This document shows, piece after piece, positions 1 to 8,594 of a stretch of 32,000 bases of DNA. Below the pieces are notes generated by a model that was given only the letters and a program-made list of their open reading frames with translations, did no database searches and had not been told where the DNA came from. Where the stretch lies: NCBI GenBank assembly GCA_965228485.1, contig OZ245819.1, positions 1,110,001 to 1,142,000 of the forward strand. Reading direction: 5' to 3'. The translations under genes were made by a program, and so were the position numbers. Each line of letters begins with the position of its first letter. The stretch's first letter is position 1. This stretch comes from Candidatus Saccharimonadota bacterium. Its GTDB lineage: Bacteria; Patescibacteriota; Gracilibacteria; UBA4473.

Positions 1-1200
1 AGAAAGACCGATCCAAAAGATGTTGATCTCGATATTTTTTGGGAAGTTTGGCATTTGACGGAATCAAATTTTCTTCATCCAGAACGTTTCAAAACTCAAG
101 AACAAGTTTATGGTGCTACGAGAGGTTTAGTGGACTCATTAGAAGACCCCTATACGATCTTTTTGACGCCAAATGAGACTGAAGAATTTGATGAATCAAT
201 GTCGGGAGAGTTTCAAGGAATTGGAGCAGAAATTGATAAACGAGATGGACAAATTATTGTTGTCAGTCCGCTCAAAGGTTCTCCAGCAGAATCAGCGGGA
301 CTTAAAACTGGGGATATTATTTTTGAAGTTAATGGAGATCCAACCCATGGTTGGTCTATTACTGAAGCCATCACCAATATTCGTGGACCAAAAGGAGAGA
401 AGGTTGTTCTGACTGTTATTCGCGAAGATGAAAGAAAGCCTGTGGAGATTACTATTGTTCGAGATAGTATTGTTCTCCCAACTTTGGAATGGGAAATAAA
501 AGATGATGTGGCAGTGATTTCTGTGTACCAGTTTGGAAATAATGTAGTGAAAGATTTTAAAAAAGCGGTAGAAGAGATTGTTCTAGAAGCTCCAGAGGGG
601 GTAGTCATTGATTTGAGAGGTAATGGAGGAGGACTCCTTGACGCGAGTATCAAAATTATTTCTGAGTTTTTAGAAAATGAAGTAGTCGTTAAAACCAGTG
701 GAAGAAGATTTGGAGATAGTGGTGATTTGATGAGTGGACGAGATGGAGTATTCTTGGATATGCCATTAGTGGTGATTGTTAATAGAGGATCAGCGAGTGC
801 TTCAGAAATATTTGCTGGAGCGATGCAGGATTATCGTCGAGGGGTGGTAGTCGGAGAAAAAACTTTTGGTAAAGGTTCAGTTCAAAACTTGGTGCCTTTG
901 TCTGATGGTTCTAGTTTAAAAGTGACGGTGGCTGAATGGTTAACGCCTAAAGGTCGATCTATTCAGGATAATGGAATTACTCCAGATGTGATTGTTGAGC
1001 CAAGTGATGAGCCAGAAATTGATCTTATTTTGGATAAAGCTTTGTCTTTGTTTGGATCTGATGAAATGAATGAAATTTTATCTCAGCCAGCGCCTCCTAT
1101 TGAAGCAGAAGAGTCAGATGTATCACAAAAACTTGATTCTGCCCCTCAAGTTGATAATAGTGAGAATCAGCTTGATGAATCAGATGAAATTGCAGAATAG
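1..1200 (+). CDS. ctpA: C-terminal processing (tail-specific) peptidase, S41 family with PDZ domain; 5' end cut by the window edge
   Basis: Frame 1 is open from base 1 (RKTDPKDVDLDIFWEVWHLTESNF...), so the track Met at 55 is internal. It has a PDZ-like segment (GIGAEI...GSPAESAGLKTGDIIFEVNG), S41-type motifs (DLRGNGGG, GSASASEIFAGA, TFGKGSVQ) and an acidic low-complexity C-terminal tail. Confidence 0.9.
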   Translation, partial: RKTDPKDVDLDIFWEVWHLTESNFLHPERFKTQEQVYGATRGLVDSLEDPYTIFLTPNETEEFDESMSGEFQGIGAEIDKRDGQIIVVSPLKGSPAESAGLKTGDIIFEVNGDPTHGWSITEAITNIRGPKGEKVVLTVIREDERKPVEITIVRDSIVLPTLEWEIKDDVAVISVYQFGNNVVKDFKKAVEEIVLEAPEGVVIDLRGNGGGLLDASIKIISEFLENEVVVKTSGRRFGDSGDLMSGRDGVFLDMPLVVIVNRGSASASEIFAGAMQDYRRGVVVGEKTFGKGSVQNLVPLSDGSSLKVTVAEWLTPKGRSIQDNGITPDVIVEPSDEPEIDLILDKALSLFGSDEMNEILSQPAPPIEAEESDVSQKLDSAPQVDNSENQLDESDEIAE

Positions 1201-2497
1201 AGTTTATGGAATTGTTTTTGGGATATTGTTGTCGCTTGTTGTGACGGAAGTTTCTGCAGCTCCGCGTGTTATGCGATTGGTTTTTGATGATCGAATTGTA
1301 ACCGTTAATTTTCAGGCTAATCCAGATCTTTTGGAGCAAACTCCTCAGCATTTTATAAAGATTGGATCGCAGTTAGTTCCAGCAGATTTTGATGAGAATT
1401 TGCCTTTGGCTTCCACTATTTGGCCTATTGAGACAGAATTTATAACAACGGTTTCAGAAGATAACCTGCGTGAATACTTTGATACTACTTCACTTTTGGG
1501 AGGTGGGGCAAAAGATCCGATTGAAATTACGATTAATGAAAATGATATTATTCGGATTAGTGGTCGTCCACGAATGGGAACTTTTGAGGTTGATTTTCCC
1601 CAGTTGGTCTTGCTTATGAATGCGGCTATTGCTGAAGAGCAAAATTATGTTCGAGTTCCGTCTCACAAAGTTTTTAATCCTGTGGTTGTTGATCAAGATT
1701 TGAAAGAGAGAGGAATTAAGGAAATAATTGCTATTGGGCGATCAAATTTTACGGGTTCGTCTCGAGCTCGTATTCAGAATATTATGGCTGGGGCGAGAAA
1801 ATTTAATGGTTTAATTGTTTCTAGGGGAAGAAACTTTTCTTTTAATCATACCCTTAAGTCTGTGAAAGAACGGGATGGTTTTGTAAAAGAGTTAGTAATT
1901 AAGGGAAATACAACAGAAAAAGAACTTGGAGGTGGTGTTTGTCAGGTCTCGACCACCGTTTATAGAGCGGCGTTTGAGGCAGGGCTTCCAATTTTGGATC
2001 GAAGAGCTCATTCCTATGCAGTGCCTTACTATAAACCTCATGGTTATGATGCGACTATTTACTTGGGAGGGCAGGATTTTCGATTTAAAAATGATACTCC
2101 TGGAGATATCCTAGTGCAGTCCTTTGTACAGGGAGAAGATTTATTTTTTGTTTTATATGGGACTCGAGATGAGCGTAAAGTTGCTTTTGAAGGTCCTTTT
2201 ATTTCTGATTATCGTCCAGCACCAGAACCAGAGATATATGAAACTACAGAGCTATCCCCTGGAGAGGTTGTGGAAGCTAGTCCTGCTCATGATGGATTTA
2301 GAACAGAATGGGTCCGAAGGGTTATCAAAGAGGGAGAGCTTTCTGAGGAAAATTTTGTTTCCACTTATAGGCCTTGGGCGGCTAAAATTCTTAAAGGAGT
2401 TTCACCAGAAGAATTAGCTGAAAAAGCTATAAAATTGCCTCTGCCTTTAGATGAAGCAGAGCCTATAAATATCGAAGTAGAAGTTGGTCTGAATTAA
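1184..2497 (+). CDS. VanW-family secreted protein
   Basis: It carries the VanW-domain signature GGGVCQVSTTVYRAAFEAGLPILDRRAHSYAVPYY. The ATG at 1184 gives a signal-peptide-like N-terminus (MKLQNRVYGIVFGILLSLVVTEVSAAP) and a 17-nt overlap with the ctp stop. The track start at 1070 lies inside ctp. Confidence 0.85.
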   Translation: MKLQNRVYGIVFGILLSLVVTEVSAAPRVMRLVFDDRIVTVNFQANPDLLEQTPQHFIKIGSQLVPADFDENLPLASTIWPIETEFITTVSEDNLREYFDTTSLLGGGAKDPIEITINENDIIRISGRPRMGTFEVDFPQLVLLMNAAIAEEQNYVRVPSHKVFNPVVVDQDLKERGIKEIIAIGRSNFTGSSRARIQNIMAGARKFNGLIVSRGRNFSFNHTLKSVKERDGFVKELVIKGNTTEKELGGGVCQVSTTVYRAAFEAGLPILDRRAHSYAVPYYKPHGYDATIYLGGQDFRFKNDTPGDILVQSFVQGEDLFFVLYGTRDERKVAFEGPFISDYRPAPEPEIYETTELSPGEVVEASPAHDGFRTEWVRRVIKEGELSEENFVSTYRPWAAKILKGVSPEELAEKAIKLPLPLDEAEPINIEVEVGLN

Positions 2498-2558
2498 AAT
2501 CACTATAAAGTTGGTCTCAGATTGATTTTTTTTTGATATTTAACGACAATAGCTCAGC

Positions 2559-5099
2559 ATGGATTTAAAATTTCTCCTGCAAGCTATAAAACAAAAAACA
2601 AATAGAAAAATAATCTGGTCAGTATTTTTTCTGTTAGGTCTTTTTTTTGCTGATTATACGATTTTGGCTCAAGAGGCTGATCAAGCCCTATTAGAAGAAA
2701 TCTCCGTAGTTGAAGAGGTTCAAAACAATGAAGATTTAGCGCCAATAACTCCGGAAGAGGTTACCGTTGTTCCTACTCAAACGGTTCAGCCATTGCAGAT
2801 TATTGTTAATGATCCAGAACCAGGGTTACCTTTTTCAGGAGAAATATTGTCGAGACGATATTTCGAGGCAGAAAAAGTTGTACTTCAACTTTTTGATGAT
2901 GACGGTTTTATTGTTTGGGAAGGTGAAATTCCTCTGGGAGAAGAGGAGGTGCGGGTTATTCCTTACTATTTTGTAGATGTAGAGGCTAGAGGTGAGTTGC
3001 GTTTGGTTGTTAAGGCAGAAGGTTCGGATGATGAAACATTGGCCATGGGAGAGCGCCCTGTGGAGTTTCCTTACGGAACAGAAACCACAAAGATAACGGA
3101 TGTCAGTTTGGTTTTAGAAGAAGATAACACCTCTATGGTTTTTATAAATTTGGAGGCAGGAGCTTTTCATGAAGCTTTTGTGCCTCATATAAAAATTTAT
3201 AAAGAAAAACGATTGAGCGAGAATCTTTATTATGAATACGATGATTTGCCGGTTAAAGTTTCTCCTCAGGAGCGAAAAAAAATTGGCTTTAAGGTCGATA
3301 AGTTTCTTCCCACGGGATTGTATGTTTTTGATATAGGGCTCAAGGAATTTCGAACAAAAGCTCCAGTGCCAGGGTATTTTCAGAGAACTATTTTTAGCCC
3401 AGGAGACTATATTCGTTTGACTCGAAGTAGTGTTTTTCATTCCGAAAAGACGCCAGAATATATTAATTTGAATTTGCAGGGAGTTGCTTTTTTTGAAGTA
3501 AATCAGCCATTGAAAGCCACGGTTGCTGTCGTGGATAAAAAAGACTTAGTCATAGAAAAAAAGGCAGATATTGAGTTGGAGAATGGTTACTTTAACCATA
3601 CTTTGCAATTTTCTTTAGCCGATATTAGATCAGATTTTACAGGGAAAATAGACCTCCGTTCAGAAAAAGGTGAAGCCTTGGCGAGTAAAGATTTTAACTT
3701 TTCAGATATTGAAGTAGAGGTTTTTGAGAACTTTAAAAACTTACCACCAGTGCAGAAACCAAAGGAGGAAGATACAAATCCCCCTGCTCCAGAAGTAACA
3801 AGCGTTGTAGAATCATCGTCTTCTCAAGACTGGATACAGATATTAAAATCAAATCAACTTTATATTTATGCTGGAGGAGGGATCTTATTGGTTATTATTT
3901 TGTTGATTGTGGTACTTTCTCGTCGTCATAATTTATGGCTGATAACCGCAGGAGCTTCTGTAGCGATGCCTGTTATTTCCTGGGGAATTGCAATTCCTTT
4001 TTATCCGACGGTTGAATGGATACAGCCAAATACTACGGCATTATCAGCTTATAACCCGGATTCAGAGTCTGGTTTTGAAATTATGAGAGTTGAAGGACGA
4101 GTTTATAATGGTTTGACTGGAGAAAGTTTTTTTAAAACGGATATTATTAAGGAATGGCGGATTAATTTTGTTGATTCTCAGGGGAAACTTTTTCAGTTTA
4201 GTCTTGAAGAGGATTTCTTAGCTGATGGACTTAATTTTGAAAAGAGTGTTCGAACCGGGTTTTATCGTTTCTACCTAGATCTAAGCAAAATCGAAGGAGC
4301 TTTTCCTTTAGGGGAAGAATCTCCATTTGTTTTTTCTGAGGGGAATTGGAGGACTCAACTTTTATTTAAATTTTATGATGCAGAAGCCTCTGTGAATACT
4401 TGGTACGCTACGGATTTTAGTGAAGACCTAAGTCGATTTGTTATTGATCGAACAGCTCCTCAGGTTTCGCTTAGAATGCTTGGAAAAGATGGTGAACCGA
4501 TTCCTAATGGAACTTTTACTAACCAGCCTGTAGAAGTGGAAGTTTCTTGTCAGGATACAGGATCTACTTGTCTTTGGGAAAAGAAAAAATTTCCAATTTT
4601 TGGTAATTTTTGTGCTGATGGAACGAAGTGTGATAACACAGCGGCCCGTGAAATTGTTGTTTGTGATTTAGCTCAAAACTGTGAGTCTCATGAGATTAGT
4701 ATCGATTACTATGATCCAATTCCACCAAAACTAGATTTCTTTCAGCTTGGTGGAGAGGGAGTACAAAGGGTGGAATCTGCCTATGAAATGATGCTCCGTT
4801 ATCAGGATCCAAGGAAGACGGTGGAGATTGATGATAATTTATTTTTGCCTCATGTTTGTGCCGCAGAATCGAGTGGATTCTTTTTGGATAAAGCAGAAAA
4901 TCGATGTTATCCAAAACGTTATCCTTGTGTTTTTAAAGATAAAGGTATTTTTGTACGAGGAGAAAATACTGGACATGGTTGTGCTCAGTCTTGTCCGATT
5001 GGGTTTGAGTTCAAGAATGGAAGTTGTCAGGTTCCTTGTAATAATCAGAGTTTTTTATCTGGGGAGATGTGTTTTCCTTTGATTTTTTCAAACAATTAA
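2559..5099 (+). CDS. Large uncharacterised envelope protein 'A1'. It has an N-terminal signal/anchor, an A-type ectodomain, a hydrophobic hairpin and a Cys-rich C-terminal domain.
   Basis: This is an 846-aa ORF. Hydrophobic segments are IIWSVFFLLGLFFADYTILA near the N-terminus, then LYIYAGGGILLVIILLIVVLS-RRHN-LWLITAGASVAMPVISWGIAI mid-protein. The first ~440 aa resemble the 409-aa ORF at 28992-30221. The last ~210 aa contain many Cys. Confidence 0.8.
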   Translation: MDLKFLLQAIKQKTNRKIIWSVFFLLGLFFADYTILAQEADQALLEEISVVEEVQNNEDLAPITPEEVTVVPTQTVQPLQIIVNDPEPGLPFSGEILSRRYFEAEKVVLQLFDDDGFIVWEGEIPLGEEEVRVIPYYFVDVEARGELRLVVKAEGSDDETLAMGERPVEFPYGTETTKITDVSLVLEEDNTSMVFINLEAGAFHEAFVPHIKIYKEKRLSENLYYEYDDLPVKVSPQERKKIGFKVDKFLPTGLYVFDIGLKEFRTKAPVPGYFQRTIFSPGDYIRLTRSSVFHSEKTPEYINLNLQGVAFFEVNQPLKATVAVVDKKDLVIEKKADIELENGYFNHTLQFSLADIRSDFTGKIDLRSEKGEALASKDFNFSDIEVEVFENFKNLPPVQKPKEEDTNPPAPEVTSVVESSSSQDWIQILKSNQLYIYAGGGILLVIILLIVVLSRRHNLWLITAGASVAMPVISWGIAIPFYPTVEWIQPNTTALSAYNPDSESGFEIMRVEGRVYNGLTGESFFKTDIIKEWRINFVDSQGKLFQFSLEEDFLADGLNFEKSVRTGFYRFYLDLSKIEGAFPLGEESPFVFSEGNWRTQLLFKFYDAEASVNTWYATDFSEDLSRFVIDRTAPQVSLRMLGKDGEPIPNGTFTNQPVEVEVSCQDTGSTCLWEKKKFPIFGNFCADGTKCDNTAAREIVVCDLAQNCESHEISIDYYDPIPPKLDFFQLGGEGVQRVESAYEMMLRYQDPRKTVEIDDNLFLPHVCAAESSGFFLDKAENRCYPKRYPCVFKDKGIFVRGENTGHGCAQSCPIGFEFKNGSCQVPCNNQSFLSGEMCFPLIFSNN

Positions 5100-7288
5100 T
5101 GATGTGGCGAATACTTAGCTTACTATTAGTACTAATCAGCAATGGAGCGATGGCTCTATCGGTTCCAAGTTCTGGAATTGACTGGGAAAAATCAAACATT
5201 GCTATCGAGGCTTTTGAGTCACCATTTATTGAAAATCAGGCATTGTTTCGTTGTTTTGGTAAACAGTTGGAAAATCTGCCAATAGAAATTCCTCTAAAAG
5301 ATATTGGTTTTGGCTCTAATAGCCCGGGACCTACGACACTAAAACAGCAGCTAGAGGCTCATGAATGTTTTCAGGCAGCGGGGACTTATCAGTTGAATTT
5401 TACGCTCTTCGATTTGGCTGGGAACCATAATAGCAAGTCTCAAATCCTCGTATTAGAACCAGGGGCAGTAGAGGTAAAAAATACTCGTATTGATGTTGAT
5501 AATGTTCAGCAGTATCGAACAGGTGAAAGTGATTTTATTAGAAAACTTACCAGCGATTGTGCAACGGAAAATCTAGTTGCAAATGGGTTGGATACTTGTA
5601 ATTTGAGAGTAAGTTTTCATGATGAGTTTGGTAATCGTGTGACGAAAGATTACTTGAAATCTATAGAGATGGGATTTCCTGGATTAGATTCTAGGATTAA
5701 AAAAATTAGAATTGTCAGTAAGACTGATAACCCTTTTCATCAGGGAGTTCGTTTTGAGGACGGGAAAGTTACCAAAGTATTTTCAGGAAAAAATGCAAAA
5801 TTGGATCATGCATATGATTTTGGAATTAGAAGCTGGGCTCCCACATTAAATATTGGAAATGGAGGGAGTTTTCCGTTTTTACAGGTTACTTCTGTGAAGC
5901 TTCCACTTCGTTTGCAAATGGATGTGGTTGAAGTAGGGAGTGAAACGATTAAGACCGTTGATACTGAGTTTGAACTTCGATTTCGACCTTGGGTAAACTT
6001 GGTGATTGATCCAGAGTGGTCTTTGGAACGGCATTTTTACGCTTCGCTTCAAAGTTGGTCTCCACTAAGTATTGTTCCAAGATTTACTTCTGGAGTTTTA
6101 CAGCCAGATCGAGTGGCCATTTCTTTTCGGGGGGTGGGAAAAGAAGGGATAGAAGTTTTATTAAAGGATAAAACGACTTCTCCAAGTGAAAGTTATCAAG
6201 TTTCTCTTGATAAGGGCGCAGAAAAGCCTGTCGGTTTACAATTTTTAGTAAAGTCTTTACAGAGTGATTTGAAGGCTATTTTCCAACTATTTGGAAATGT
6301 GGCGTATGTCTTTAGGGATCCTATCTATGGTCCTAAATTGATACAGTATCCAATGACTATTATGACGGGAGAAACGATAGACATGCCTGTACTTGCTGAA
6401 TGGAGAACTTTACAAGTTGGGGCGGATGTTGAAGGAAAAGTCTTAACAGACTCTCGTATCATCAATGATCCTTCAACCATTTTCTTTTCACAGAGTCAGG
6501 CAGATATGCGTGAAGAATTGGTTCGAAATACTTATCGTTTGGTTCGTGGAATTGAGCCAAAGGATACCGAAGCTATTAATATTGATACAGATCTTAATAC
6601 TGGAGTTTACTATGTGGCGAATCGAAACGTAAAATTGACTTCTAATGAAAAAGTTGGAGATATGATTTTTGGTGGCGGAAGACGGACTATTGTTATTGAA
6701 AATGGGAATCTACTGATTGATCGAAATCTCCGTTATGAATCAGATGAAGATTCATTGGGGATTATTTTGATCAGTAAAGAAGCAAATTCTCGCACCACTG
6801 GTAATGTGTTTATAAATAATGAAATTAAGTATTTTGTGGGAACTTATTTTCTTGACGGGAGTCTCATGAGTACCCTTGAAACTGACCCTATGAGACTTTC
6901 GGTTACCGAATCTATTCCAAAAAGATCTGAAACAAATAATGATAACCCGAATGCTCCGCTCGGATATCAGCTGGTATTGGATGGGACTATTATTTCTCGA
7001 AATACTTGGGGAGGCGCTTCTTCTACTCCAATTAGAGATCCATGGGATAAGGAAGTTGATTTCGAGACAGCCGCTCGATATGACCTAGACTTTATTCGTC
7101 GTTATCAGCCAACCAGAGATACAGATAATGAGATTGTTCCGGATGAGTACAATGATTACTGTGTTAAAGTTGAGGATCAGTGTGATGAAAATCCTCATGC
7201 CTTTATTATCCGTCCAGATGGGAGAGTGAAGCATAATACGCCTCCAGGATTCTCTCATGTTTCGAGTTTATCTTTAACGTCAGAATAA
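5099..7288 (+). CDS. Large uncharacterised secreted protein 'B1' (adhesin-like) with a conserved ~290-aa C-terminal 'B' domain
   Basis: The ATG at 5099 overlaps the A1 stop (TAATG) and gives a signal peptide MMWRILSLLLVLISNGAMALS. A middle segment looks like a bacterial Ig-like repeat (NGLDTCNLRVSFHDEFGNRVTKDY). The C-terminal ~293 aa are clearly homologous to the ORF at 30832-32000 (-). Confidence 0.8.
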   Translation: MMWRILSLLLVLISNGAMALSVPSSGIDWEKSNIAIEAFESPFIENQALFRCFGKQLENLPIEIPLKDIGFGSNSPGPTTLKQQLEAHECFQAAGTYQLNFTLFDLAGNHNSKSQILVLEPGAVEVKNTRIDVDNVQQYRTGESDFIRKLTSDCATENLVANGLDTCNLRVSFHDEFGNRVTKDYLKSIEMGFPGLDSRIKKIRIVSKTDNPFHQGVRFEDGKVTKVFSGKNAKLDHAYDFGIRSWAPTLNIGNGGSFPFLQVTSVKLPLRLQMDVVEVGSETIKTVDTEFELRFRPWVNLVIDPEWSLERHFYASLQSWSPLSIVPRFTSGVLQPDRVAISFRGVGKEGIEVLLKDKTTSPSESYQVSLDKGAEKPVGLQFLVKSLQSDLKAIFQLFGNVAYVFRDPIYGPKLIQYPMTIMTGETIDMPVLAEWRTLQVGADVEGKVLTDSRIINDPSTIFFSQSQADMREELVRNTYRLVRGIEPKDTEAINIDTDLNTGVYYVANRNVKLTSNEKVGDMIFGGGRRTIVIENGNLLIDRNLRYESDEDSLGIILISKEANSRTTGNVFINNEIKYFVGTYFLDGSLMSTLETDPMRLSVTESIPKRSETNNDNPNAPLGYQLVLDGTIISRNTWGGASSTPIRDPWDKEVDFETAARYDLDFIRRYQPTRDTDNEIVPDEYNDYCVKVEDQCDENPHAFIIRPDGRVKHNTPPGFSHVSSLSLTSE

Positions 7289-7320
7289 CTTTCGTAATTA
7301 TATAGCTAAGTCGTTATAAT

Positions 7321-8331
7321 GTGCGTATGTGGTGGATTTATGGAGGAATAGGTTTTTTGTCAGGAATAATAGCGACTCTTGCCGCGGTAAAATTTTTTCC
7401 TCAATGGGGACTCTTGGATTTTCCGGAGAGATATGGGCTTAAACGAGATAAAATACCTTATCCAGGGGGGATAAGTTTACTGGTTTTTATTTGGGGATTA
7501 TTACTTATAGATTGGTCTTTTTGGGTTGTCGTACTTCCCGCAACAATTATTGGTTTAGTTTCCTTTATCGATGATCGAAATCCTATTTCTGCCAAATGGC
7601 GTTTGGGATTACAGATTTGGATGGCTATTTTTGTTTGGATTATGGGAGTCAGGATTTATTATGTTACGAATCCGTTTGCCGATACTAATTTTGAAATAAC
7701 CAATATTTACCCACATTTTGCTTTATTTTTAACCGTTGTTTGGATTGTTTCTATTCAGAATGCTTCAAACTGGTTTGATGGTTTAAAAGGCCTTTCTTTA
7801 GGCATTTCTGGTATTGGTTTTTTGACGCTTGGATTACTTGGGGTTTTGCGACCAGAACTCCTCTTTGATGTTCAGCATACAACGCTGACTTTGGCCAATT
7901 TTTATTTGGGAGGCTTGGTGTTTGGGGCTTTTGTTTGGTATTGGAGAGGGAAAATCCTTTTGGGAGATTCTGGTTCACAAGTATTGGGCTTCCTTTTAGC
8001 GGTTATGGCAATTTTTTCAGGAGCTAAAATTGCTACTACTTTACTTGTTTTGAGTTTGCCGATATTAGATTTCTTTTGGGTGATTTTTAGGAGAATTGTT
8101 ATTGATAAAAAATCTCCTCTAAAGGGAGATAAACGACACTTCCATCACCTACTTTCTCAACAGTTTGGAGAGAGGCTAGCAGTATTAGTTTGTTTAATTT
8201 TTTCCTTGTTTTTTGGAGCAATAGCTCTTTTCTTTAGTGGGGAGATTAAACTCTACTGTTTTCTATTTTTAGCAATTATTTTTGTGATTATTAACTTTTG
8301 GCTTTACCAAAAAATACGATTACAAAAATAG
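7321..8331 (+). CDS. Polyprenyl-phosphate N-acetylhexosamine-1-phosphate transferase (glycosyltransferase family 4, WecA/TagO-like rather than MraY)
   Basis: This is a multi-pass membrane protein. It has the motif NASNWFDGLKGLSLG (NxxNxxDGxDGL type) and the WecA-type motif GDKRHFHHLL. A perfect TATAAT at 7315-7320 sits just before the ATG at 7327, so the true start may be a leaderless ATG at 7327 rather than the GTG at 7321. Confidence 0.8.
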   Translation: MRMWWIYGGIGFLSGIIATLAAVKFFPQWGLLDFPERYGLKRDKIPYPGGISLLVFIWGLLLIDWSFWVVVLPATIIGLVSFIDDRNPISAKWRLGLQIWMAIFVWIMGVRIYYVTNPFADTNFEITNIYPHFALFLTVVWIVSIQNASNWFDGLKGLSLGISGIGFLTLGLLGVLRPELLFDVQHTTLTLANFYLGGLVFGAFVWYWRGKILLGDSGSQVLGFLLAVMAIFSGAKIATTLLVLSLPILDFFWVIFRRIVIDKKSPLKGDKRHFHHLLSQQFGERLAVLVCLIFSLFFGAIALFFSGEIKLYCFLFLAIIFVIINFWLYQKIRLQK

Positions 8332-8345
8332 TGACAGATTGGATT
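8332..8345. repeat. Left arm of a perfect 14-bp inverted repeat (TGACAGATTGGATT) bounding the GC-rich nhaA cassette
   Basis: This arm is the exact reverse complement of 10013-10026 (AATCCAATCTGTCA). It starts one base after the wecA-like stop codon (TAG at 8329-8331). Confidence 0.9.
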
Positions 8346-8594
8346 GAACCTCAGCCCATCGACTCACCTCCAGGAGCAGTACCGTGAAAGGAGGATTTTG
8401 TCGATGGGTGAGGCGAACTCTAGTACTGGGGAGTCTAGAGTTCTATCCTAGCACGGGGGCTTGTGCTAGGAATAAGAAACAGGGCTGGACTTTAGAGGCG
8501 CCAGGAGTCCTTTTGCTCAGGCCGCGTACGCCCTGAGCGAGGAAGTCCGCTTCCGTGTCGGGGGATTTTAGGTCCCGACAGGGAGGAAGACTTC
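8346..8594. other. GC-rich, hairpin-dense noncoding segment: candidate structured RNA or 3' UTR of unknown class
   Basis: The segment lies between convergent stop codons. It has stops in all frames and no ORF of track length. One line (8521-8580) counts 39/60 G+C. It forms seven consecutive stem-loops: 8349-8413 (5+9 bp outer plus CCTCC/GGAGG inner), 8415-8443 (9 bp), 8447-8470 (8 bp), 8487-8510 (5 bp), 8515-8538 (7 bp), 8541-8554 (5 bp with UCCG loop) and 8556-8580 (7 bp). Confidence 0.4.

Noticed and set aside
1070-1183. The upstream extension of the VanW ORF in the track (start at 1070).
   Set aside because: It lies wholly inside the ctp coding region. The ATG at 1184 yields a proper signal peptide.
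8341-8350. A T-loop-like GGTTCAATCC on the minus strand next to the left inverted-repeat arm, which could mark a tRNA or tmRNA integration site.
   Set aside because: The flanking bases cannot form a T-stem (CUGAG vs CCAAU). No acceptor, D or anticodon arms can be drawn in the surrounding sequence.
8367-8394. SRP (4.5S) RNA helix-8-like elements (AGCAG and purine-rich GGAGG around a GUGA).
   Set aside because: The order and spacing do not match the conserved GGUCC-GNRA-GGAAGCAGCC arrangement on either strand.
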